Origin: Candidatus Methylomirabilis oxygeniifera
GTDB taxonomy: Bacteria > Methylomirabilota > Methylomirabilia > Methylomirabilales > Methylomirabilaceae
Length of the DNA stretch: 32,000 nucleotides
Direction: 5' to 3'
Assembly (NCBI GenBank): GCA_000091165.1
Contig: FP565575.1
Coordinates: forward strand, 2,490,001 to 2,522,000
Under the pieces are notes generated by a model. It was not told where the DNA came from and did not search any database. It worked only from the letters and a program-made list of their open reading frames with translations. Below, piece after piece: positions 6,347-14,788 of the stretch. The first letter of the stretch is position 1, and every line of letters begins with the position of its first letter. A program made the position numbers and the translations under genes.

Positions 6347-9322
6347 ATGGTGGAAGAGCCTCAAGTGATCTCAGAAAGAAATCCTGCGATGGGTGTGGAA
6401 GGCTTGAACGCGGCCCAGCAGGCGGCGGTCACGCACGGCGATGGCCCGTTGCTCATCATTGCGGGCGCCGGGACGGGGAAGACCACCGTAATCGCTCACC
6501 GAATCGCCCACCTGATCAACAGCAGGCGGGCCCGGCCGGAACAGGTGCTGGCGCTGACCTTTACCGAGAAGGCGGCGGCGGAGATGGAGCGGCGTGTCGA
6601 CCTGCTGGTTCCGTACGGCTTCACCGATACCTGGATCTCCACCTTCCACGCCTTTGGAGACCGTGTGCTTCGGGAGCACGCCCTAGTGCTGGGGCTGAGT
6701 CCGGACTTCCGCCTGCTGACGGTGCCGGAGCAGGTCATCTTCTTTCAGGAGCATCTGTTCGAGCTTCCATTAGACTATTTCCGGCCGCTCGGTAGTCCGC
6801 TGCGGCATGTGCAGGCGCTGCTTCAACTGTTCAGTCGAGCCAAGGACGAGGATGTCGGCCCTGAGCAGTACGCGAGTTACGCGGAGGAGCTGGTCGGTCG
6901 AGCGACGGCCGCTCCGGACGACAAGACGCTGGCGGAGCAGGCGACGCGGGAGATGGAGATCGCCAGGGTCTACCGGCAGTACCAGGAGCTGATGGCGCGA
7001 GAAGGGAAGCTGGACTTCGGTGATCTGATGGTGCGGACACTGGACTTACTTCGGGAACACCCGCTGGTGCTCCAACGGTTGCAGGAGCGGTTCCGGTATA
7101 TCCTGGTCGATGAGTTCCAGGATACCAACTACGCCCAGTTTCAGATTGTGAAGCTGCTCACGGCCTCCCATCGGAATGTGACGGTGGTGGGGGATGACGA
7201 CCAGTCGATCTTCAAATTTCGAGGGGCCTCGATCAGCAACATCCTCAGCTTCCGCCGTGAGTTTCCTGACGCCGAGACGATCGTCCTTGCAGAGAACTAT
7301 CGCTCGACCTCAAGCGTCCTCGATGCCGCGTACCGTCTGATCCAGCACAACAACCCTGATCGACTGGAGTATCAGGAAGGTGTCGACAAGCGCCTGAAGC
7401 CTTGCAATGGTGACGGCCCGGCCGTTGAGAGCGTAGTCTTCCAGACCTATCAGGAAGAGGCCGACTGGGTGGTCGAAAAGATCGAGGAACTGATCGAGGC
7501 CAAGGCGTGCGCGCTTGGCGACATCGCCATTCTGGTCCGGCGAAACAGCGATGCCGACCCATTGCTCCGAGCACTGAACATGAAGGGAATCCCCTGGAGC
7601 TTCAGCGGGGCGAAGGGTCTGTACGACAGGGATGAGATACGTCTGGTGATCTCGTTCCTCCGCCTACTGGCTGATCCATACGACTCCCTGAGTCTCTTTC
7701 ATCTGGCTGGCTCCGATATCTACGGGTTGCCGGCTGCCGATTTGACCCTCTGCAACGCCCATGCGCGCCGGAAGCATCGCAGTCTCTATGAGGTGTTGCT
7801 CGATCTGACGAGGCGACCAGGCGCTGTGCCCGAGCTGTCCGGGGTCTCGACTGAAGGGATCGCTGCTGCCACGGCCCTCCTGAGTGATTTGCATCGCTAT
7901 CTGGACAAAGCGGCTCGGGAGGTGACGGGACGTATCCTGTACGAGTTCTTGATGGAACAGCCGGGCTACGGCAAGCGACTGCTGCATTCGAACTCCTCGC
8001 GCGATCATCAACGGATCAGCAACCTCGCCGCATTCTTCGGCCTGGTTCAGCGGTTCGGCGAGGTGGCGCCCCAGGACCGCGTGGCCGGCTTTGTTCCGTA
8101 TCTGACGATGCTGATCGAGGCGGGCGAGAACCCGCCCGTTGCGGAGGGTGAGGCGGCAGAGGAAGGGGTGGCCGTGCTCACGCTGCACAAGGCCAAGGGC
8201 CTCGAGTTCGAGGCGGTGTTTCTCGTAGGCCTGGTCGAGAAACGGTTTCCCTCGATCGATCGGCGGGAGGCAATCCCGCTTCCCGATGAGCTGATCAAGG
8301 AGACGCTACCGTCCGGCGACTTTCATCAGCAGGAGGAGCGACGTCTGTTCTACGTTGGCATGACCCGGGCCAAGCGGCACCTGTTCCTCACGCGGGCGAA
8401 AGATTACGGGACAAAGCGGGAGTGGAAGCGTAGCCGGTTCCTGGCGGAGGCGCTGGCCCTGCCGAGAGAGGAGGAAGAGCAGCCCTGGCGAGGGACGGCA
8501 GAGGCGGTCATAGGTCGATACGCGCCGCCGCCCCAGGTCGCCATCGATCTTGCGATCCGGGCTGACACCCCGCTCAGCCTCTCGCACTATCAGATCGATG
8601 ACTATCTGACCTGCCCGTTGAAATACAAATATGTCCATATCCTGCGGGTGCCTGTGCTCAGAGAGCATACGATCATCTACGGCGCCGCGCTGCATCGGGC
8701 CGTTCAGGCGTATAATACCCAACGGCTTACCGGGCAAACAATGTCGCTTGACGATCTGATCAAATCGTTTGAAGCCCACTGGGTCAATGAAGGGTTCATC
8801 TCCCGGGAACACGAGGAGCGGCGAATGCAGGAAGGTCGGGATGCCCTGACCCGCTTCCATGCCGGTGCCGCGAAGGGACCGCTGCCGACGTCGGTCGAGA
8901 AACGATTCCGGTTCCAGCTCGGTGACGATCTCGTCACCGGTATTATGGATCGGGTAGATGAGCGTGAGGGTGAGACCGTAATTATCGACTATAAGTCGTC
9001 GTCGGTCCGGGACCAAAAAGCGGCAGACAAAGAGGCCCGGGAGAGCCAGCAACTTGCGCTGTATGCGCTGGCCTACCGGGAATCGATCGGCCGGTTGCCG
9101 GATCGGGTGGAGTTGCATTTCCTGACCCCCGGCGGCGTCATCGTCGGGCAGGCGGTGAAAAAGGAAAAAGATCTCGATCAGGCGGTCGAACGGGTTCGGG
9201 CGGCTGCAACCGGGATTCGGGCAGGTCTCTTTCAGGCGACCCCCAGTCAGTGGGTCTGCAGCTTCTGCGCCTTCAGGACCATCTGTCCTGCCACCGTGTG
9301 GATCGGGGAGCACCAGGGATGA
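6347..9322 (+). CDS. UvrD/PcrA-family SF1 helicase fused to a C-terminal PD-(D/E)XK (Cas4/AddB-like, Cys-cluster) nuclease
   Basis: 991 aa. Helicase motifs: AGAGTGKTT, LTFTEKAAAEM, VDEFQDTN, VVGDDDQSIFKFRGA, NYRS, TLHKAKGLEFEAVFLVG, ERRLFYVGMTRAK. Nuclease motifs: YLTCPLKY, IMDRVDE...VIIDYKSS, QLALYALAY, and CSFCAFRTIC at the C-terminus. The start is uncertain (ATG 6347 has GAGGA too close; 6389 is an alternative). Confidence 0.9.
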   Translation: MVEEPQVISERNPAMGVEGLNAAQQAAVTHGDGPLLIIAGAGTGKTTVIAHRIAHLINSRRARPEQVLALTFTEKAAAEMERRVDLLVPYGFTDTWISTFHAFGDRVLREHALVLGLSPDFRLLTVPEQVIFFQEHLFELPLDYFRPLGSPLRHVQALLQLFSRAKDEDVGPEQYASYAEELVGRATAAPDDKTLAEQATREMEIARVYRQYQELMAREGKLDFGDLMVRTLDLLREHPLVLQRLQERFRYILVDEFQDTNYAQFQIVKLLTASHRNVTVVGDDDQSIFKFRGASISNILSFRREFPDAETIVLAENYRSTSSVLDAAYRLIQHNNPDRLEYQEGVDKRLKPCNGDGPAVESVVFQTYQEEADWVVEKIEELIEAKACALGDIAILVRRNSDADPLLRALNMKGIPWSFSGAKGLYDRDEIRLVISFLRLLADPYDSLSLFHLAGSDIYGLPAADLTLCNAHARRKHRSLYEVLLDLTRRPGAVPELSGVSTEGIAAATALLSDLHRYLDKAAREVTGRILYEFLMEQPGYGKRLLHSNSSRDHQRISNLAAFFGLVQRFGEVAPQDRVAGFVPYLTMLIEAGENPPVAEGEAAEEGVAVLTLHKAKGLEFEAVFLVGLVEKRFPSIDRREAIPLPDELIKETLPSGDFHQQEERRLFYVGMTRAKRHLFLTRAKDYGTKREWKRSRFLAEALALPREEEEQPWRGTAEAVIGRYAPPPQVAIDLAIRADTPLSLSHYQIDDYLTCPLKYKYVHILRVPVLREHTIIYGAALHRAVQAYNTQRLTGQTMSLDDLIKSFEAHWVNEGFISREHEERRMQEGRDALTRFHAGAAKGPLPTSVEKRFRFQLGDDLVTGIMDRVDEREGETVIIDYKSSSVRDQKAADKEARESQQLALYALAYRESIGRLPDRVELHFLTPGGVIVGQAVKKEKDLDQAVERVRAAATGIRAGLFQATPSQWVCSFCAFRTICPATVWIGEHQG
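6401..6706 (+). repeat. direct repeat, copy 2 (306 nt), part of the intact helicase gene
   Basis: See copy 1 (1095..1402). Confidence 0.9.
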
Positions 9323-9915
9323 AGATCGGTATCGACCTCGATGATGTCCTGGCCGATTCGCTCCCGCATTTTACGCAGGCGTTTAATAGGCATTTTGACC
9401 TTGATATTGAACTGCCTGATGCCGCGTGGCGGATCGCCGACCGGTTTCCCCAGATTTCTAGGCGAGAGGCCGACGACTTCTTCACAGAACTGATCGAGAG
9501 CGGTTTTTTCTCATCCAGATCGCTTATCCCCCACGCTAAAGAAGCGGTGGAAACATTGGTTGACGGCGGCCATGATCTGTATATCATCACCGGTCGGACC
9601 CCGCGAGATGAGCGAATTACGATGGACTGGCTGGCGCGCGTCGGCGTACGGTCTTACTTTGAGGCGGTTGTGCACAGGACGTGCGACCCGGTGGAGCGCC
9701 ACAAGGCGGATGTCGCATCAGGATTAGCGCTCAGTCTCTTCATTGAGGATGAGTTGACGGTAGCCCTGACGGTCGCGGAGACCGCTATCCCGGTCCTGTT
9801 GTTCGATCGCCCATGGAATCAGAGTCCGCTTCCCGGCAACGTGCGCCGGGTCGAGTCATGGCATGAGGCGCTGACGCAAATTGCCGAACTGAACGGCGGC
9901 AATGGACACCAATAG
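9319..9915 (+). CDS. HAD-superfamily 5'(3')-deoxyribonucleotidase-like hydrolase
   Basis: The ATG at 9319 overlaps the helicase TGA (ATGA). MKIGIDLDDVLAD carries the HAD motif I DxDx(V/T), followed by IITGR and FIEDE motifs. Confidence 0.65.
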   Translation: MKIGIDLDDVLADSLPHFTQAFNRHFDLDIELPDAAWRIADRFPQISRREADDFFTELIESGFFSSRSLIPHAKEAVETLVDGGHDLYIITGRTPRDERITMDWLARVGVRSYFEAVVHRTCDPVERHKADVASGLALSLFIEDELTVALTVAETAIPVLLFDRPWNQSPLPGNVRRVESWHEALTQIAELNGGNGHQ

Positions 9916-10005
9916 TCTCGCCCTCCGCTTGCCTCTCATGCTCCAGTATGCTAGCGTACAACTGTTCTGCGGAAAATCTCTCCCTTCACGCGAATAGAGG
10001 ATGAC

Positions 10006-10860
10006 ATGAGCGGCGACACAGACGAACCGGCGAGGACGATCGGCCCGATCCTGCAGGAAGCCAGAACGGCAAAGGGTCTCACGATCGAAGCGGCTGCGGC
10101 AGGCAGTAAGGTTCCCCTGTCCTTCGTCCGGTTGTTGGAGCAGGAGCAGTTTCATCTGGTTCCCGATTCATTGTACCTCACCAGATTTCTGACGGAATAT
10201 GCCGTCTTTCTCAGCCTTGATCCCAAGCAGCTCTTAGCACATTTAAAGGAGCAGGTGGATTCCGCCAGACTGAGGGAGGCGCCACATCCGACGTCAACAA
10301 TAGGCTCTCGGACTGATCTTCGTCGTCTGCTGATCTATCTACTGCCTGCGGTGGCCGTCATTCCCCTGATCTTTATCGGGCTCTCCCTTTTCTCCGGCCC
10401 GTCGCCAACAGTGTCGCCGGTTCAGCAATCGGAGGCGCCGGCGCCTCAGGGGGCGTTCACACCGACTCCGGAGGCCGTAACTGTCATTCCGCCAGACCCT
10501 CAAGCTGTCTCCTCCGCTCCAGAGCAGCCACAAGAGTCGACCCCGGCCCGCCAAGCCGTTACTCTCCAGGCGCAGGAGCCTCAGGTCACCCCTTCCCGAT
10601 ACAGGCTGCGGGCTGAGGCGAAGGAGACAACCTGGATTGGGGTTGCAGCAGACGGGGCACCTCGGAAACAGGCCCTGTTACGTCCGGGCGAGACGGCGTC
10701 GTGGTCGGCAAATAATGGATTTGTTGTGACCATCGGCAATGTCGGAGGGGTGGCCCTTATGCTGAATGGTCGGCCGGTTCCGCTGAAGGGGGCGCGGGGC
10801 CAGGTCATCCAGAATCTTGCCATACCTGAGAACGGCGAGCCGCCTCCCGCAAGGCAGTAA
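10006..10860 (+). CDS. rodZ: RodZ-like cytoskeleton/shape protein (HTH + TM + DUF4115-like C-terminus)
   Basis: N-terminal XRE-type HTH (LQEARTAKGLTIEAAAAGSKVPLSFVRLLE), one TM helix (LLIYLLPAVAVIPLIFIGLSLF), a Pro-rich linker, and a C-terminal region TTWIGVAADG...VTIGNVGGVALMLNGRPV. GAGGA lies 4 nt upstream of the ATG. Confidence 0.65.
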   Translation: MSGDTDEPARTIGPILQEARTAKGLTIEAAAAGSKVPLSFVRLLEQEQFHLVPDSLYLTRFLTEYAVFLSLDPKQLLAHLKEQVDSARLREAPHPTSTIGSRTDLRRLLIYLLPAVAVIPLIFIGLSLFSGPSPTVSPVQQSEAPAPQGAFTPTPEAVTVIPPDPQAVSSAPEQPQESTPARQAVTLQAQEPQVTPSRYRLRAEAKETTWIGVAADGAPRKQALLRPGETASWSANNGFVVTIGNVGGVALMLNGRPVPLKGARGQVIQNLAIPENGEPPPARQ

Positions 10861-10861
10861 G

Positions 10862-11821
10862 ATGGGGATCGGAATGAATCCGGGTATCGCTCACGATCAT
10901 GGGGATTTCGTGAGTCGGCGTTTGCAGATCGGGATCGTCCTGAACCTTCTATTTGCCTTGGCGGAATTGGTAGCAGGCCTGACTGCCGGCAGCCTCGCGC
11001 TCATAGGCGATGCGTGGCATAACTTCAGCGACGTCATCGGGCTAGCCATTTCATGGATCGCGCTTCGGCAGATGGAGCGCCCTGCCAACGAACGCAAGAC
11101 ATTCGGCTATCACCGGGCTAGTATCCTCGCCGCCCTCGCCAACGGGATTGCGCTGATCGGTATCACCCTGTGGCTGTTCTATGCGGCTATCAATCGGCTG
11201 GGGTCCCAGGTTGTACCGGAGGCGCCCATCATGATGGCGGTGGCAGGGATCGGGTTTCTGATCAATGTTGGGGTTGCCCTGTCGCTTCGGCGCGGAACCC
11301 GGGATCTCAACATCCGCAGCGCTTTTCTGCACCTGCTGAGCGATGGGTTCGTGTCGCTTGGCGTCGTGGCGGCCGGAGTCGTCATCCTGCTTACCGGTTG
11401 GGGTCCGATCGATTCACTCCTGAGCGTCGTCATTGGACTGTTGGTCCTGGTTGGCTGCTGGGACATCGTGGCGGAGACCGTCAATGTGTTGATGGAGGGC
11501 GTTCCGCGTGGGGTCCAGATGGATCGCCTCTTACGGGCGGTACGCAGCTTCCCGGAGGTCCAGAATGTGCACGACCTGCATGTCTGGAGCCTCAGCTCTC
11601 ATGTCTATGCTATGAGCTGTCACCTCCAGGTAACTGATCTCCAGACCAGTCAGGGAACTCGGCTGCTCGATCGGATCAGTCACATGCTGAAGGAACGCTT
11701 CGGCATCGCTCATACAACGTTCCAGCTTGAGGCTGAGGCCTGCACGCTTGAGCAGGCCTGTAACCTCAATTCCTCAGACAATCGCAGTCAGCCGTCAGCG
11801 CTCAGCGGTCAGCCTCGGTAA
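10862..11821 (+). CDS. cation diffusion facilitator (CzcD/ZitB-type) divalent metal exporter
   Basis: HNFSDVIGLAISW (TM2 HxxxD), FGYHRASILAAL and HLLSDGFVSLGVV (TM5 HxxxD), plus a C-terminal cytoplasmic domain VHDLHVWSL. Start ambiguous (10862 or 10874). Confidence 0.85.
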   Translation: MGIGMNPGIAHDHGDFVSRRLQIGIVLNLLFALAELVAGLTAGSLALIGDAWHNFSDVIGLAISWIALRQMERPANERKTFGYHRASILAALANGIALIGITLWLFYAAINRLGSQVVPEAPIMMAVAGIGFLINVGVALSLRRGTRDLNIRSAFLHLLSDGFVSLGVVAAGVVILLTGWGPIDSLLSVVIGLLVLVGCWDIVAETVNVLMEGVPRGVQMDRLLRAVRSFPEVQNVHDLHVWSLSSHVYAMSCHLQVTDLQTSQGTRLLDRISHMLKERFGIAHTTFQLEAEACTLEQACNLNSSDNRSQPSALSGQPR

Positions 11822-12070
11822 GGCAGATTCACCCGCTTTTTCCTTTCCTCTCTCCAGCCAACCGTTCTTTTCTCGCGCCGTGGGCGTATTCAGCGACTCG
11901 GTAGCCTCGATCCAGTTTTCGATCTGCTCCTCAATCCAGCAAGCAACGTTTGGATGCGACATAATACCTTAATCGTTCAGGGTGTGATCGAGTTCGGTAA
12001 GCAATTTCCCGTAGGAGCCAGTCCCTTTTCACTCAGTGACCGTAAACAATGCCAGGATCTTTTTCATCTC

Positions 12071-12583
12071 TCATTCCACCTTTCGAAGATCGTCCCGATA
12101 GGCGTTGGGAACTTTCATGTACAGCGCACCGAGAACGGAGACGATCAGCGCTGCCATGGTGGTCTGGAGGAGAAGGAAGGCGCCGATCTTGAGATAGGCG
12201 AAGGAGGGGTGCGCAAACCGGATCAACCAGCCCGCGGCCTCGTTGGAAATCGCGGACACGAAGGTCAGGTGTATCAGCCAGATCTTGGTCAGAGGCCTGA
12301 AGGGCACGAACAGCACGAGGTGGCTCAGCGTCAGGATGAAGACGCCCATCGCCAGGAGATGGAAATGACTGATTTCGAGCAAGACCTTATAACTGCGAGG
12401 CGGCATGAACTGCGCCTCGGACCCCCCGTAGTGAGCGACGACGGACTCGTAATTAAGCCCCATCTGATTAAAGAAGAACAATGCGTTGGTGAGCCACAGG
12501 CCCGCGCTGTAAAAGAGAAACCACAGAATGATGGCGCGAAGCAGCCGGTTCTGGGTCCACTCTCCGGTGACGACGAAACGCAT
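12071..12583 (-). CDS. His-rich 4-TM membrane protein, unknown family
   Basis: 170 aa with four hydrophobic segments and conserved-looking His residues (SHFHLLAMG, LSHLVLF, IHLTF). Its start overlaps the stop of the upstream FMN-bind gene (TAATG). Confidence 0.6.
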   Translation of the reverse strand: MRFVVTGEWTQNRLLRAIILWFLFYSAGLWLTNALFFFNQMGLNYESVVAHYGGSEAQFMPPRSYKVLLEISHFHLLAMGVFILTLSHLVLFVPFRPLTKIWLIHLTFVSAISNEAAGWLIRFAHPSFAYLKIGAFLLLQTTMAALIVSVLGALYMKVPNAYRDDLRKVE

Positions 12584-13128
12584 TACCGTTCTCCTTTTGC
12601 GATCAGCACCTGATAAAGCGCCAGCACCTTGCGTACCGACGTGGTCATCGCCCGAGCGGTCAACGTCGCCCCGGTGATTCCCGCAATCTTGCCTCCCACC
12701 CGGAGATCCGGGGTGAGCCTTACCTGATCGAACTGCTTGAGCCAGCGCTCATTCGGAAGGTAATCCAGAGGCTCATAAAAGGCCAGGATGAGTGTGGAGG
12801 ACACCCGTCCGTCCGGAGTGAATACGACCATGACAGCCTCAGGTAGGGTCCGTACCGTGTGCGCGTCGATCATCGCATAGCCGAGCAGCTTCTGGCCTCG
12901 TTTTCCTATGTATATCGTCACTAGTTTGGAATCCAACGGCGTTCGCGCGAGGGTCTCGACCTGCTTTTTCTGGTCGTCTGTCAGAAAAAATACTTGGCTC
13001 TCGATGACGTCGGCTTCCGGAAACGCCGCTCGGATAGCCTCATCCTTCGCGTAAAATACCTTGGCGGTCAGGTCGGCCGGCGCTGTGAAGGCCAGCACGA
13101 TGAGTATCAGGATGATCACGACACGCAT
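12583..13128 (-). CDS. secreted FMN-binding (FMN_bind) domain protein with flavinylation motif
   Basis: The ATG at 13128 gives MRVVIILILIVLAFTAPADL (signal peptide). GKIAGITGATLTARAM matches the (S/T)GAT(L)T motif that is covalently flavinylated in NqrC/RnfG/NosR-type FMN_bind domains. Confidence 0.7.
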   Translation of the reverse strand: MRVVIILILIVLAFTAPADLTAKVFYAKDEAIRAAFPEADVIESQVFFLTDDQKKQVETLARTPLDSKLVTIYIGKRGQKLLGYAMIDAHTVRTLPEAVMVVFTPDGRVSSTLILAFYEPLDYLPNERWLKQFDQVRLTPDLRVGGKIAGITGATLTARAMTTSVRKVLALYQVLIAKGER

Positions 13129-13233
13129 TCGCCTTGTCCTTGAGGTAAGGGGTGACGGGGGCCTGCAAGGCGGGCTACCATGCCGCCTCGTGGCCCCCGC
13201 GAATACCCATTGTATCAACCTCTTTGACGCCGA

Positions 13234-14685
13234 CTAAAAGTTGAAACCGAGACCTACATTGATCTCGTCTGCAACCTTTCCCTCCGCAGCCCAGAGGTTG
13301 CGATAATCGAACTTGAGTACCACGTTCGGGACAGGCTTGAAGTTGAAGCCGGCATTAATGACCTGAATGTCTTTTGTCTCATCAGAGGTGAAGCCGGACG
13401 GGACATCAGCCTGGGTGTCGATCCGCTCATACCGAATAAAGGGAGCCAGATACATCTCGGTCTCGGGGAAGATGAGCGGCAGGATGTCATAGCCGGCCTC
13501 CACATACCCGCCCATGATCCGGCTGCTGATGGGTTGCTTCAAGTCGATGCTCAAGGTGCGGGCATCGCTGATGTTCCCCTGAGCGTACAGCGTACGGAGC
13601 CGTAGCCCTCGATACTCATACTCGGCATGAGCTTCGAAAAGCGTGAGGTTCGGATTGACCTTTTTCTTTTTTGAAGCCGTCGGATCTGCGCTCGTCTCAA
13701 ACAGTTGGTCTTGTCCGGTCTCGCCCCAGAAGAACGATCCCCCGACCTGGAGGCCAGGGATAGGGCTGTAATCGAGGCGACCGGTCCAGGCCACGTCTTC
13801 CATCAGGGCTCGGTTCCCATTTTGCCGGGCTCCTCGGATGTCGGTGCTGGTAAAGCCTTTGGCGTTCAGACTGTTTGTGACATAGGTCCGGTAGGTCAGA
13901 CCGGGGAGGATGGTGCCGTGAAGCCCTACCCCCAGCTCCCGCCAGGTGGACGGGATGATCCGCCGCTCCACCTCCGGACGCAGGTTTCCGAAATAGTAGG
14001 GAGGCTCGTGGATCTCGTTGAGGTATCCCATCGGCATCAGGAGCAGCCCCGCTCTGATGTTCGCCCAATCGGTCAGGAGGAAGTCCAGGTTGGCAAATTC
14101 CACACTGACTGAGCCGCCGCTGGAGGACTTGGTTGACGAAGTCGTGCCGTGCTCAAATTCGATCTCCGAGTTCATAATGATCCGGTCGGTGAACTTATAC
14201 CCGATATAGGTGACGAAGCGGTACATGTCGGCGGTATCTTTCTTTTTGGCGTTCTCCGGCACGTCGTTGTCGGCGATGTAGAAAGTACCGCTGGCCTCGC
14301 CGTAGCCGCCGATCGACAGCCCCCTGGGAAGCTGATAGACCTTCGATGCCGAAGGACCCAGACCGTAACGGCTCTTGAGTTCCACCGTTTCGGGCAGCAA
14401 GTACCTCCTCTTAATTGCCTCGAGTTCCTCGGCGAGAATGCTGGTCTTTCGCTCCTGTTCTTCTCCTCGCTTCACCTCTTTGGTCGCGCGTTCCTTCTCG
14501 GCCATCTCGATTTCCCTCATCCTTCGGTCCTGCTCCTGCTTGTCCTGCTTAAGCTGTTCGATTTGCGTCTGCAGCTCCTTCAGTTGCCTTTCCAGAACTT
14601 CTAATGGTGGTGGCGCTGCGACCGCCATGATGGGCCAGGCGATCCCGATCATCAATGCGGCCGTGAGACATCGCAACCGCTTCAT
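13234..14685 (-). CDS. outer-membrane beta-barrel porin with N-terminal coiled-coil segment
   Basis: Signal peptide MKRLRCLTAALMIGIAWPIMAVA, a charged heptad-like region (LKELQTQIEQLKQDKQEQDRRMREIEMAEKER...), alternating beta-strand pattern, and a C-terminal ...VGLGFNF ending in Phe. Strong RBS AAGGAGGAG. Confidence 0.7.
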   Translation of the reverse strand: MKRLRCLTAALMIGIAWPIMAVAAPPPLEVLERQLKELQTQIEQLKQDKQEQDRRMREIEMAEKERATKEVKRGEEQERKTSILAEELEAIKRRYLLPETVELKSRYGLGPSASKVYQLPRGLSIGGYGEASGTFYIADNDVPENAKKKDTADMYRFVTYIGYKFTDRIIMNSEIEFEHGTTSSTKSSSGGSVSVEFANLDFLLTDWANIRAGLLLMPMGYLNEIHEPPYYFGNLRPEVERRIIPSTWRELGVGLHGTILPGLTYRTYVTNSLNAKGFTSTDIRGARQNGNRALMEDVAWTGRLDYSPIPGLQVGGSFFWGETGQDQLFETSADPTASKKKKVNPNLTLFEAHAEYEYRGLRLRTLYAQGNISDARTLSIDLKQPISSRIMGGYVEAGYDILPLIFPETEMYLAPFIRYERIDTQADVPSGFTSDETKDIQVINAGFNFKPVPNVVLKFDYRNLWAAEGKVADEINVGLGFNF

Positions 14686-14788
14686 CCTCTCCTCCTTTTG
14701 ACTGTGTCGTCACATGTGTGGGTCGGCAGATCCTCGTTCAGGCAAGACGGCGCACGTGTCATCGACATCTCCTTTCTATGCGAGCAGG

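Noticed and set aside
6310-6795. 161-aa alternative-frame ORF over the helicase 5' end (and the analogous 1031..1441 and 6371..6679 minus-strand ORFs)
   Set aside because: Arg/Gly/Ala/Pro-rich shadow frames typical of GC-rich coding DNA. The helicase frame carries all the SF1 motifs.
8306-9313. 335-aa minus-strand ORF antisense to the helicase nuclease domain
   Set aside because: Antisense shadow ORF with no motifs. The plus frame has the RecB-nuclease and Cys-cluster motifs.
11795-11962. 55-aa minus-strand small ORF (MSHPNVACWIEEQIENWIEATESLN...)
   Set aside because: It lies below the ORF-track threshold, overlaps the CDF gene 3' end by 27 nt, has only a weak RBS (AAGG), and matches no recognisable family. 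The evidence is too weak to call.
11954-12613. 219-aa plus-strand ORF
   Set aside because: It is antisense to the 4-TM membrane protein gene. It has a highly charged, unusual composition, and the minus frame shows clean TM periodicity and operon coupling.
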